Assembly: GCF_964355755.1 (NCBI RefSeq)
Contig: NC_092679.1
Span: 5,982,201-6,046,200 of the forward strand
From: Antedon mediterranea
Taxonomy: Eukaryota; Animalia; Echinodermata
Length of the DNA stretch: 64,000 nucleotides
Direction: 5' to 3'
Made by a program: the position numbers and the translations under genes. The notes below the pieces were generated by a model. That model searched no databases. It worked only from the letters and a program-made list of their open reading frames with translations, and was not told the origin of the DNA. Shown piece after piece: positions 14,510 to 26,956 of this stretch; within the stretch, counting starts at the first letter, position 1; every line of letters begins with the position of its first letter.

Positions 14510-17500
14510 TTAAAGATTACTTTTTAAGGCCAGTGGCAAGATATTAGTACGTGTACTTCTCTTTATTTCACATATTACACTTTTGCTAACGTGTTTGTTT
14601 AGAAATTCTAGTATTTTACGCCAAGAATCTTCTTGAGCTTTGGCGTGGCCATCGTGTTGCCCTCCATACAAACTGAGATCATCTGAAAAATAAATTATTT
14701 TGTTGTTTTATGTTTTTTAATTACCATATTTAATGAGGGTGATCCATCCCGCAATTGCTGATCATTAGGGTCCCTCAGAGGTTCACAAGACAAACATATA
14801 CACAAGATGCTCTATATAAACAAAGCCTTATTACAAGTCTTTGGGAGTGGAGTTGTAATTTTGTCCTTAGAAAAATCCTGACATGTGACGGGACTTGAAC
14901 CCAGGACCCTTGGAGTGGTAGCCAAGCATCATAATCACCAACCAACAACTCCACTCCAAAGTGTTTTACAGTATAACTAGTATTTTTGGTTGATTTTTAC
15001 AGTAACTATTAAATTACAGTTTAAGGTATAGAATTTTTTTCAAAACAGGGACTGCAATGTAAATGTAATGTAAAACACAACAATTACTAACTTTTTAGGA
15101 TATACATAGATAAATACAAAATTAAAAATATTTATAGACAAGAAGGGGTTTTAACTTTAACAAATGAATAGTGGTCTAATGGAATGGTGTTTGCATATTT
15201 TTAAGTGAAAGATTTTTTTCGAAACAGTACCGTACTGACGCGGGTATAAGCCCACCGCCCTCGAACATGAAATCACGTCAAGTTTGGGGGGTGGGCTTAT
15301 ACCCGAGGATCCAAAAATGCAGATCGTCAAAAACAGCACATGTACACCGTGTACGTATTCCACCATGCGAGCGAGCGCCCTCACGTGTACGACGTTGCCT
15401 CTAAATACACGAGGTGTAGAGTGTCGGAAAATTAAGCTTATAGTTCGTGTAATTTATCGTAGAATATCTTATTTTAAACATCAATTTAACAAGAATTTAT
15501 CAAGCAGAAAAGCAAGTATACAATGTTCGTTAAATAGAAATGTACCAAAGAAATTTAATAAGCTTGTTTATGGCAGCCGATACCAAATAGTAGTTTTCCG
15601 TTTTGGCGACTTGTAGCGTCATGTGTGAAGCGATCTTCGACCGCGATGGAATGTAAACAAAACAGGACGGCTAGGCCTCATATGGCCTAGCGTATATTAG
15701 CCTAGCTTGGTTATGATCAAAGGTAAGTGTATTCGGTGTATGGACGTCGCCAAATACAAAATAATGTATTACGACATACACTGTAGATTAATGGGTGGGC
15801 TTATACCCGAGTGCCTCATTTTTCATGAAAATTAGTCAAAAGTCGGGGGTGGGCTTATACCCGAGTATGGGCTTATACCCGCGTCAGTACGGTACTAATA
15901 ATGGTGGTATAAAAATGTTGAAAAAAAAACACACAAAAACTTACCAATATAGTCCATGTATACCAATGAACACATAGGAGAGTACGGTGGCTCAATTAAG
16001 TGTCCAGCTCCAGGGTAGCTAGCAACTGTCCAGTTGTTCTTGTCCTTTGATCTTAAGTAGTCAGCAGTTTGTTTTGCATACGCACTCCCTGACCAACATT
16101 TATCCTCGTCACCCGAGATGAGAAGATATTCACATTCTGCATTCTCTAGCTAATAAATGAAGTTTAGGGTGAGTGTCAAGGAGTTTAGGGTGAGTGTCCA
16201 GGAGTTTAAGTTGAGTGTCCAGGAGTTTAGGATGAGCGTTCAATAGTTTAGTATGAGCCTCCAATAGTTAAATAGAGTGTCCAGGAGTTTCGGGTGAGTG
16301 TCAAGGAGGGTACAGTGAGTGTTCAAGACTTTAGGGATAGTGTCCAGGAGTTTAGGGATAGTGTCCAGGAGTTTAGGGATAGTGTCCAGAAGTTTACGGC
16401 GAGTGTGAAGCAGTTTTGGGTGAGTATTCAGGAGTTTAGGGCGAGTGTCAAAAGGTTAGGGTGAGTGCCGATTTAAAAGTTTAGGGTGAGTAGAACTACA
16501 GTAACACAGAATTTTATAGTATGGATCCTAACGCTTTCTACATTCTAGATCTGGCTCTACTCTAACATAATGTCTACTCACCTTCATCATTGCATCTTTG
16601 CATTCCTCTGGCAAGGAAGTTGGAAAATAATTAAGAAAAATGGCTGCATCATCAACATATTCTAGCTTTTTAGGATACACACTGAGAAATAGAAAACAAA
16701 ATATTTATAGACAATGATTGAAGTGGGGAATCTTCTACTCAATCAAATTTTAACATGTGAATAGTGGTCTAACCGTATGGTGCCTGTATATTATCAAATG
16801 GAAGCATCTGAGTTCAATCATTTTTTAATTGTATCGATTTCAGAATTTTGGACAGTTGAGGTTTTCTCTTCTTTAAAATAAAAAAGATCTGATCTACACA
16901 TGCCTACAACACCAACTGTGTTGTGATAGATTGCTGATTTAAGACTTCATAATTCAATTTAGTTATGGAGGCAATTGTGATAAATAGTATGGTTTACAAT
17001 GTTTTCTAGGTATGAACTGTTTAAACTGTACTACATACGGTACGGTTGGACCTTCTTGCTCTTTATACTTGTTGGTCGGATGAGAAGGTATATGATAAGG
17101 ACATCCATTAATACTAACACAAGCTTTTATCTGTTAAATAAAATAAAACAATATGGCATATATGAATATATGTGGCTATAGCTAAGGTTGAAACGACATA
17201 TAAAAGTCCATTTTAGGGCACTATATTTCAACAGTATTTATATTTCATGAATTATTAGTGTCAATGATTGTGTACCTTTCCTGACTGTCGACTATTCACA
17301 CTGACTATCGCGCAGTCTGCACAACACTCCCAACAGTCTCTGGTGTACAGAAGTATAGGTGCTCCCGACAGCGCTTTTGTTAATGTGATACATTTAAATA
17401 ACATGTGTGAATTTCTCGAAAATTTATAATCCATTTCAGGTCCATTTTAACAAAAAGATGGGTTTTATTCCCTAGAGAGAGTTGATTCAGAGAAAGTGAA

Positions 17501-20500
17501 TGTTATGCAGACAGTCAGGCAGCCAGACAGAAAGTGAAACCTACCTTTTGTCCAAATAATGTCGACATCTTAAGAACAATCTCGCCTCCTGTACAGACAC
17601 CAACTAAACCGATACCAGCACTGATAACAAATCTCTGTTCATGCAACCAATCCACAGCTTCCTGCATTTAAAAACAATAGTAATATTTTTATATTTTTTT
17701 ATTGGTCTCTTTTTTTATCTTTTTTCTCGTCTTTTCGTATTTGTATCGTTCCCGTTTTTTAAATTGTTGAGGGCCTCATGCATGTCAGCTTCGGCTGTTT
17801 TGAGTCACCCTCATTAAACAAAGTTTAATAAAAACTAAAAATAATATTAATCTTTATGTAAATATAAATTGTCATAAAATAAAATTTAGACCTGTAGAAA
17901 TATTTGTCACTAAGGTGCTGGCCGAGTACACTTTGTTAATGAAAACCAGCACTGTGTCATTGTGGGACAAAAACCCACAATAAATTTAAAAAAAAAAAAA
18001 AATTTAATAAATAAATTAAAGATACTATACCTAGGCTTTTTCTTAAATTTAAGGTCACACACTACATTTTATATAAAAATAAATACTATATGGACCTATT
18101 GCAATAATTGTTTTCGTCTAAACGGTTAAAAGTGTGAAAAAAAAAATCCCAACATGCATCATGCGCGGATTGATATTTTCATATTGTGATGTAATGCATC
18201 CACTTTGATCGATCGCGTGAAAGGGTAATCAAATAAAATAACTGTTTAACTCCTTAAGAGAAGCAGTAATTCAAGTTTTTTATAGATATAGTGCAGGCCT
18301 TGTCTTTTTAAAATTATAGGTGTCCTACAAATTGCACTCCTCAATATGTAAAGGGGGTGCTGTAGAAGTTTACAAAATTTATGTGTGTTGTAAATCGCAC
18401 TCCTCAAGGGCAGTTTATGAGTGTGTTAGGCGAGGGATCGCACTCGCTCACCTCAAAAGAAAAGGCCTGTAGTGCATTGCTTACCTCAAAATAATCCATA
18501 GTAACTTTAGATATTGATAACGGTAAATCTTTATAAACAAAATATTGTAATGCCAGTGAAGCAAAGCCATGAGAGGCTAGAAGTGCTGAGCGGAATTCTA
18601 CCGGCCTAGCTATACCACCAAACAAATCAATGATCCCCGGAAATGGTCCTGGTCCTGTAGTAAAAGATACCAATTCAACTTGTGACTCCATTAACATTCG
18701 TTATCATCAAATAAAATAAAATAAAATAAAATAAACTGTATATTAGTTAATTACTAATTACTATACTGAGACGATTTAAAGATATATTGTCCTCCTGAAA
18801 AAATAATTCTTAACATTTTTGTTGAATATGTCATTTTAATGCAACATAATAGTTATCCACTTATGACTAAAAATTGCATTAAAAAAAAAATGTATTTACC
18901 TGATAAAACTGTAATTTAAAGCAAATAATGGCCAAATCGGCGGCCAGCCAGTGGGTTTTTGGTTGAATTTAACCATTTATTTTGTCATTTTATAAGTAAA
19001 AACATTAATTTTTTTTCTATTAACTTTATTAAAACTACAAATTTAACATATTCAAAGTCTGATTTAATTAATCTTCATTTTTCATGTTTTTGGGGGACAA
19101 TACATCTTTAACCGTTTTTTAAAGAAATAAATGTATTTTTTATTGAACTGACTAATATTTAAAAATATACCAAATTAAAACAAAAAATATATTTAAACTT
19201 TGAAAAGATATTCATTGAAAACGTCCATTTGACTGCAGGTTGTCTTTTTACAAAATGATAATCCAGAATTTATTTTTAAAAATCAGCATGGTCATGCATT
19301 AGTTAATAATTACAATTCCATATATTCCGGATCAACTTTGTGTTGTTACTGCCAGTGTAAATGGGGTAGATGTAAAATAAAATATGGTTTGTGCATATGC
19401 TACACTATATTATGTCAAAACATAACAAATTAATTAAATCAGACTTTGAATAGGTCATTTTCTAGTTTTCATAACGTTAATAATAGTTTCACTTATAAAA
19501 TGACATAATAAATGGTTCAATTCAACCAAAATTCCATTGGCTGGCAGCCAATTTGACTATTGTTTGCATAAAATTACAGTTTTTTCAGGTAAATATTTGT
19601 TTATACCCAATTTTAGTGTATAACGTGTGCGTGTAATTATTTGACATCAAAATGGCATATTCAACACAAAAAGTTTTTGCAGGGGGACATCTTTAACAAA
19701 CCTTTTGGCTTGAACAAAATCCCTCTGATGTTACCCCTTTCCACGGGTATCCTCTCCACATCTTCATTCATATACCATCGATCTACGCTAGTTGTTGCTA
19801 AAACTTTCAGAGACGATTTGTAAAAGTCTTTGATTGTATGAAACCCGTTGTAGACTCTTAAAACAGTAATTAAAGGTGTTGTGACATCTTTTTTAAGTAA
19901 CCGAGTTCCACGCTTCTCTTTGGGTGCTGGCTGCATGCTTGTGAACAGGCCCATGCTTTGTACACCTATATAAAGAAGAACGTTCATGTTTTTGCTTCCA
20001 ATAAATAAATATTATATTGATACTAATTACAAATATATATTAATGAAAAACCTCAAAAATATTAAAAAGGAATATTAATTATAATTTAATAATTGTACTG
20101 TACTTCATTGACATTCCATATCTTTATTACAGGTTGTATGGAGTTACCTAATAATTTTTCTATTGACCAATTAATTGTGTTCATTCTGCCTGAACAATAC
20201 ACGAACGCTATTATAAGTAAGAAAAAAGAAAGGTGCAACCCCAAACCCATCAATCCCCATTCCAACCCCCTCCCCCTTTCCCCAAAAAAGTCCAAAAAAC
20301 TAGTAGGTAGTAGTATCTATAAAAATTATCTATAAATAGTTACCAACCTGAGTAGGTTCCACCAAGAGATGAGTTGATATTAGTATGAACATACCCACTG
20401 CCATCGTCTTGAAAATGAGCACAAGAATCGTACGTCTTCCCACACTCTGTTGCCGATGCTCGTAGCGTAATCAAACTGTTCGGTTGAAGGCCTACAACCT

Positions 20501-20558
20501 CTATGGAGATTTTCTCATCAACCAAGGTAGACTTTGGATAAACAGTCAGGGTTACCAT
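14510..20558 (-). CDS. ACOT/BAAT-family gene copy 1 (acyl-CoA thioesterase / acyl-CoA:amino acid N-acyltransferase-like), 443 aa, Cys nucleophile, C-terminal SNL
   Basis: Exons 20558-20348, 19965-19702, 18654-18485, 17661-17545, 17130-17039, 16681-16582, 16149-15945 and 14682-14510 (1332 nt, in frame). Motifs [50 protein letters not shown]. Confidence 0.93.
14721..14957 (-). mobile_element. Third tRNA-SINE family (second copy at 50222-50447 plus)
   Basis: B box GGGTTCAAGTCC and LINE-like 3' hairpin GAGGG...CACCCTCATTAAAT. Two dispersed copies. Confidence 0.75.
15230..15892. mobile_element. Tc1/mariner (pogo-like) MITE in ACOT copy 1 intron 7
   Basis: TA|CCGTACTGACGCGGGTATAAGCCCA ... TGGGCTTATACCCGCGTCAGTACGG|TA, with subterminal GGGCTTATACCCG repeats. 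Confidence 0.85.
16159..16492. repeat. 21-bp minisatellite (GGAGTTTAGGGTGAGTGTCCA), ~16 units, in ACOT copy 1 intron 6
   Basis: Tandem degenerate units seen directly. Confidence 0.9.
18776..19111. mobile_element. ~330-bp MITE family (TIR TTAAAGATGTATTGTCC)
   Basis: Terminal inverted repeats present. Degenerate relatives at ~1085-1400, ~9720-10178, ~19420-19695, 49771-49995, ~56305-56651 and ~57860-58130. Confidence 0.75.
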
Positions 20559-22098
20559 ATTTTCACTAACGAATAGTAACACACCCGGTACAACTCACAA
20601 TGATTGCCGTTGTTACGTGCTCCATTTCCGTTCTGGTACACGCCTCCTCACACCCTCACGTGTTTTTGATTAAGGTTTCACAACAACAAGTTCTTTGTTT
20701 CACACTCGTCACGAGTGAAAAAAGGTTACCGGCGGCGGTGTGATGATGTAATCATTGACCCTTGCATGCTGCACGTACGGCTGGGACGACGTGAAGTGAT
20801 AGGGGAATTCCCTCATTATATCATACAGTACATGACTGCTGTATAATGTGTTTCTCATAATAGAGTCTCTGATATAGAGGTATAATCATGGAGGTATAAA
20901 ACTTCCATGGTATAATATAGGTAAGGCCGTAAAATCAGTACGTAAGTGTATCAACTGGGTGCAGGTCAACTCGGCCCTAAACCGTCTCGGCCAAAGTCAA
21001 GTCGGCCCCACGTCAAGTCGGCCCCAAGTCAAGTCGGCCTCAAGTCAACTCGGCCTCAAGTCAATTCGGCCTCACGTCAACTCGGCCTCAAGTCAACTCG
21101 GCCTAAAGTCAACTCGGCCAAAAACTAATCCGTCAACTCGGCCTTTAAAAAGTATGGAACGCAAAAAGTGCTAATATAGTAGTTCATTTATTACAATGGC
21201 AGGATATTACGGTCAGGCCTACATAATAGACGAAATAAAACGGAAATTTCAATGTAAATTATAACACACTGGCTGATCGTTTTTCGTTTGATAGGTAATT
21301 TTTATTTATATTGTTGGTTGGTTTGTCTCAGTAAGAACCCTCAGTAATGTGTTTGTTAGATCTATTTTGAGGATGTTCCCAGAAATAATCGCAAATATTC
21401 TTAGAAGGCCTATATATTATATAGATATTATTAGATTAATACAGTAAAATAAAAATGGTTTTTTTTTTGTATATTATTCTCTCTCAAATTATTAGCAATA
21501 TGTCACGGTCAAAGTGAATAACTATATGTGACATTAATTAAAATGGTATATTACAGTAACAAAATCTTTTCACACATTTATTGACGATGTCAATCAAACT
21601 ACCGAAGAGATTATGGAAACAAATTCGGAATGTTCTGTCATGTTAAATTTCTATTGCAATTGTGCGCTATTCAAATTGTTTTTATTACTTTTGTGATTTG
21701 ATTATAATGGAGAATCCAATGAATACATTTATGGGAAATTAATCTAGAACACACTGAAGAAATCATCATGAATAAATGGTGTATTTTTATTTTGTCAAGC
21801 ATATAAACTAATCTAAAACACATTGAAGAAATCATGAAAAAATGGCGTATTTTTATTTTGTCAAGCAAAAACTAAAACATATTGTTTGAGTCCAAAACAA
21901 CGGAATTCCTAAACAACATAATATTGCCTTTGCATTCTCATCTGTTTTTTAACACCCACCGCGCCCTGTATTGTTCAATAAAATTGATCACCTAAAGGGG
22001 CATTCCCACCGTCCGTACCTGTTCCGTTTCGCGGACGGCGCCGTTTTTTCAACGTGACGCGCGCCCGTTCACCGTTCCGTTTTAAACATTCACACCTG

Positions 22099-22628
22099 GG
22101 GCGGATTGCTATAAGGGGTCTATAACCGGTCTTAGCGCTTAGCCGGCTATAATTCGTGACGTAGCAAGTAGTCTAACATTATAGACCATTGCTATACCGC
22201 GGTCTAACCTGTAAACGGTCTTTAAAATTAAAGCCTACTCGAAGGAGTCTTAAAACAGTCTTAAACCTCTCTTTTTGTTGCTTTTACGTATTATTTATCG
22301 TCAAAGACAACCAATAGAACGAGTTTTAAGTGTTAAATCAAATAAAAACGGTGATTTTATTCTTATATAGCCCTAGAATAGATTTTCTTGCGTAGAAATG
22401 TACGTACTGTTATGATTGTGAATTGAACAAGCGTGACGAACATTACCTTATTTGGTATTTTACGCGCAAAGTACGCCCTCAATTTGTTACTTTACGCGGT
22501 CTTATCTAAGACTGTTTTATAGCAATGGTCTAACAGGGGTGGCTTTAGTAAGACCGTCTATCGGATAAAGCCGGCTTTAATCGGGGAGTTAAGACCATTA
22601 GTTAAGACTGTTTTATAGCAATCCGCCC
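22099..22628. mobile_element. PIF/Harbinger-type MITE
   Basis: TIR GGGCGGATTGCTATAA / TTATAGCAATCCGCCC with 3-bp CTG target duplication. Confidence 0.75.
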
Positions 22629-23312
22629 CTGTTCCGTTTTGTGACGTGACGTTCGTTTCTGGATGATCATCGGATGATAGTGAGGAAGAAAATTATTCTT
22701 TTTAGTTTAATTAAAGATGATATTACAAAACGGGACACAAGATTCCCGATGATAGTATAACAACACACACCATGACAAATTCCATGAATCCATAATTAAA
22801 TACAATAAAATCACAATCACATCCCTATGGACTGTTATGGAAGCAAATTTCTCTCTTCCCATGCTGTACTGTATTAATTATGAATATGAAGTACTAAACG
22901 AAATGAAAATAAAAATGTCATACAAAAAAAACCGTAAGGCCTATTTGAAAATAATGCACATTCATGTCTGGGTGTGTGTGCATGTAACCTATACCCATAA
23001 TGCTTATGCAATTTGTTTTCTTGCCTTTTGATTTGTTTTGATTTTAATGTCATTATTCTTTTTATATTGATGTATATACAGTTGTAGACCGAAGTATATT
23101 GTTTAAATATTATTTTTTTTAATGTCTTCTTCGACAGTTATTCCTGTATACAAAATGTGAAAAAATATTTGTTTATTTCAAACAATATAAATAAATACTA
23201 CCTATCAATTAATATTATATAATCATTTATATTGAATTTTCCGTTGTATTTCGTCTATTATGTAGGCATAACCGTACTATATCCTGCCATTATAATATTA
23301 ACTACTATATTA

Positions 23313-25108
23313 GGCCATGTAAAAAAAAACAACAGTTGATCGTCCTGGTTTTCTAAAAAAAGGAAGTAAGAGGCTCTTTTTATTTTTTATTTTTTATTTT
23401 TCCAAGATGGCGATTCACTACCGTATTTTCTTGAATAAACATGCCGCTATGAATAAAAATCACTCCCACCCCTCGCATACAACCTTCCTGACAATTCAAA
23501 TAAATATGGTAAGTACTGTAAGATGTCTAAACAAACATAAGTATACAGAACAGCAAATATTATAATACACCTTTTTTTTTATTTTATCAGGGGGTCACAA
23601 TAAAAGTCCTTTTTGTACACTTTGACTTTATATCAAACTTCTGGATATTATTAGCCTACTGTGGCACAAATGCTCTAGTGTTTTTCCTTTTGGGTGTTTT
23701 GCCTGATTCCTTGCATTCACTACAAAGTGGATAATTCATGTTCTCAATTGATAAATTGTGCTCAGTTCCACAATAAAAGCACAGGGGGTCTGTGAATGTT
23801 ATGTAATAAGCTGCTTCGATAGGCAGGGCACATGTCATTTTGTCATTGACAAAAACAATAGAATCGTCCTCTCCCAGGATGTCTTGAAAACAAGTTCCAC
23901 ATGAATACGACAGTGTGTCCAGTTCTCGTTCCAAGAGCTGCCCTTGGTCACGCTTCAGAACATGTGCTGCATAACATACTCGCCACTTGAGGCATTCTTC
24001 ACACTAGAATAAAGAATGAAAAAGAGTAGGGGTAAATATATGGTAAATTCAGTTGTGTTGAAAGAATTCTGAACATGACAATAATATGATAATATGACAT
24101 CCAAAGAGGGAGGGAATATCAATGCATACACACATATTTTAAACAGGACGTGGGTCATGTACCCGAACACGTCCGTAAACATCTAGCCTATATATATGGG
24201 ACAGTTTCAACCCAGCCGGGTTGATTCGCCCCTCTATATGGATAGGCAAACTCTACACTCTCTCGCGACAATATGCTAGCCTACAGTTTTGTTACTTCTA
24301 TATGAACATTTTTACCGAACAATTACTCACCTCCGTAGTTTGGTATTGGTCTCCTATCGGTCCACCTTGATCGAATTCGCCGCCTGCAAAATCAGAGAAA
24401 ATGTCTGCGAGAGTACGTCGGCCGTCCACTACACCGTTCTCGCATACCAAGCAAGGGCCGGCTTCACGATTTTTGTTGCAGTCCGAATTGAAACACAAAT
24501 AAAAACCATGTTGTTTATCTACTATCTAGTCTAGCAGTATCCTACTATCCTAGATCAAATTATTATGTAACAGTTGATAAAAGGACTAAAAAGTAGGCCT
24601 ACCAAGGAACCAATAATTATAAATATTAATAGTGTATACTGTAACTCAAATGTATAGAATATAGCGATAGAAACAAGGTAGAACCAAAAACATGTGTTCT
24701 CCAAATCCAGTCGTTTTTTGCTTCACGGCAACATTTTTAGGGAGTAGCGAGCATATAGCGGCTGTGAAAATTCTAATTAGATCCAGACGTTTATGTAAAA
24801 TATTATACCCATGATGAGTGTAATTCAAAATATTCATACATTCAACGGCAGTGATACCTCTATCATCGCTGACCTATAATCAAAGAATATGACCTCAAAT
24901 TTATCGCAGTCGACGATGTGTATCGATGGCTCCCGACGGCTGTGGATCACGAAAAAAGAAAGAGCTAGGCCTAGCTTTCGACAAAGGTACAACATAAATC
25001 AATGTTTTATATACAAAATATCGAAATAAAAAATAAAATAAAAATTGAAGCGGCCTGAAAAAAGCATGCGGGCGGGGACGATCAACTGTTGTTTTTTTTT
25101 ATATGGCC
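23313..25108 (-). mobile_element. Zator-like DNA transposon, internally deleted
   Basis: ~33-bp TIR GGCCAT(G/A)TAAAAAAAAACAACAGTTGATCGTCC, with TTA duplicated at 23310-23312 and 25109-25111. The empty site is confirmed by the host's opposite arm. A Cys-rich coding remnant lies at 24003-23656. Confidence 0.72.
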
Positions 25109-26072
25109 TTAGCACTTTTTGCGTTTCATAGTTTTTAGAGGCCGAGTTGACGGATTAGTTTTTGGCCGAGTTGACGTGAGGCCGAGTTGACTTGAGGCCG
25201 AGTTGACGTGGGGCCGAGTTGATGTGGGGCCGAGGTGACTTGGGGCCGACTTGACGTGGGGCCGACTTGACGTGGGGCCAAGACAGTTTAGGGCCGAGTT
25301 GGATCGAAACCAAATCAAGCATAAGTGACAATCATAATATATAGTAGGCCTACTGTACATTCATTTTTTTTAAATGGATGTCTCTCTCTTGAACAACTTG
25401 TTCATGCTTTTGTTACGTCACGTCTTCGTCTTTACATTGGAAATTCTTTCCCTTTTAATCAAATTCAAATAAAGTGACTCAGCCGTTTGCCAAATAATGC
25501 TGACGGCAAATTTACGGACTCTGAGAACACATAACAACCGGAATTTTAAATAGATCAGCATTCCGGGCTCCCAATTACTGACAGGATCGTTTTTAAAATA
25601 CTTGTCTTTGTCTATACCGTTCTTCAACATACCACATACCACATTTATTTTTGTGTCTGCAAATTCATTGATTCCTTATTTTAAAGCTTAAGACCTTTAT
25701 CATCAGCTCGGACTTTTGATTTCATTCATTCACTGCATGCATTGTGTCAATGCATTATTACCATCTAATTTGTGATGGAAACCGGCGCAAGATTTCCTTA
25801 TTATTATCTCTGGATGAATACTTCATAAAAAATAATTCATAATATACAGTAGTAATATTTGTTATTGCATTTTTATTTTATAAATTCATGGTTATTATAA
25901 AAACAATTTTATTTTACAATATTTATGGTATATACAGTATTTACAAAAAGACATTTATATAATTTTGCTATTTCTACTAAAAATCCTTACATTTTTGTTT
26001 TTGTTTCAGTCTATCTTACCACTAGGTGTGACCATGGATTCTTTAATCCATGGTGTGACATGTAAGGGTAAT

Positions 26073-26929
26073 CAAAGAATATAATATATCACAAGAATGA
26101 GTATCCCGCGATTTTTGCATGAGAAATTTGTAACAGAGAGCTCCAGAGAGTGATGCCCGCCCTCATAAGGGCGGATGTATACATACTAAATAAGACTTGA
26201 TTTAATAGATATTATACAATATACATGTCACAGAATGTCATAGAATTATGATAATAGTTTTTGCAATTGTGAACTATTTTATAATACATATTTATTAACA
26301 AACTAGTGTACATTCACTTTGAGAGACAATTATTTACTAACATGCTAAGTTAGTTCACAAAAAAGGCCTAACACAGCAACACCAAAAATCAACGAATCGT
26401 TACTCAGCATGGCCTATTCTTTACCATTGCCGTGTACTACTCTACGCCCGGTAAATTAAGTATTGTTTTTATGATATAAATTAGTATAAAATACATGTTA
26501 TTAATAGGACAAAATGTTAAATGTCATTAACATTTATTTGTTTTACCAGAAACAAGTTAAATATAGGAATATTATTAAACTATCCTTCGTGAAAACGCGT
26601 AAACACCAACACGCCCGGTCACGCTATCGTAGCGCCCGGTTGATAAAGCAAACTGTTTATACGGCAGTTTTTACTAAATAAATTGCATAAAACGAACAAT
26701 TAAATATCCAAATATTATTTAACATGATGTTGGCATGTAGTTATTAACATTTTTTATCATGAAAATACTACCGGTGGTCCAGCCTTTGATTAGTGAAACC
26801 GTCACAAAAAGTTGTATACATATCCCATCCCAGATACATCCACACTTATGACGGCGCCCTACCACATGGACAATATTACTGTTACAGGGAAAATCGCGGA
26901 ATACTCATTCTTGTGATATATATTCTTTG
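26073..26929. mobile_element. P-superfamily-like MITE just downstream of the ACOT copy 2 stop codon
   Basis: ~40-bp TIR CAAAGAATATA..TATCACAAGAATGAGTAT.CCGCGATTTT, with a perfect 7-bp TSD GGGTAAT (26066-26072 and 26930-26936). Confidence 0.8.
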
Positions 26930-26956
26930 GGGTAATATATTACTGACATATTTACA

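Larger units (their letters stand above)
20958..25310. mobile_element. Foldback/MULE-like DNA element with ~300-bp inverted arms containing 16-bp tandem repeats (AAGTCAACTCGGCCTC); hosts nested insertions
   Basis: Left arm 20963-21262 is the reverse complement of 23225-23312 joined to 25112-25300. Superfamily assignment is inference, and the TSD is not clean. Confidence 0.75.

Noticed and set aside
16159-16492. Interstitial telomere
   Set aside because: TTAGGG occurs once per 21-bp unit, not as tandem hexamers.
20946-21174. Ser/Arg/Pro-rich ORFs (also 25109-25360, 31231-31446, 31691-31930)
   Set aside because: Translations of transposon subterminal repeats.
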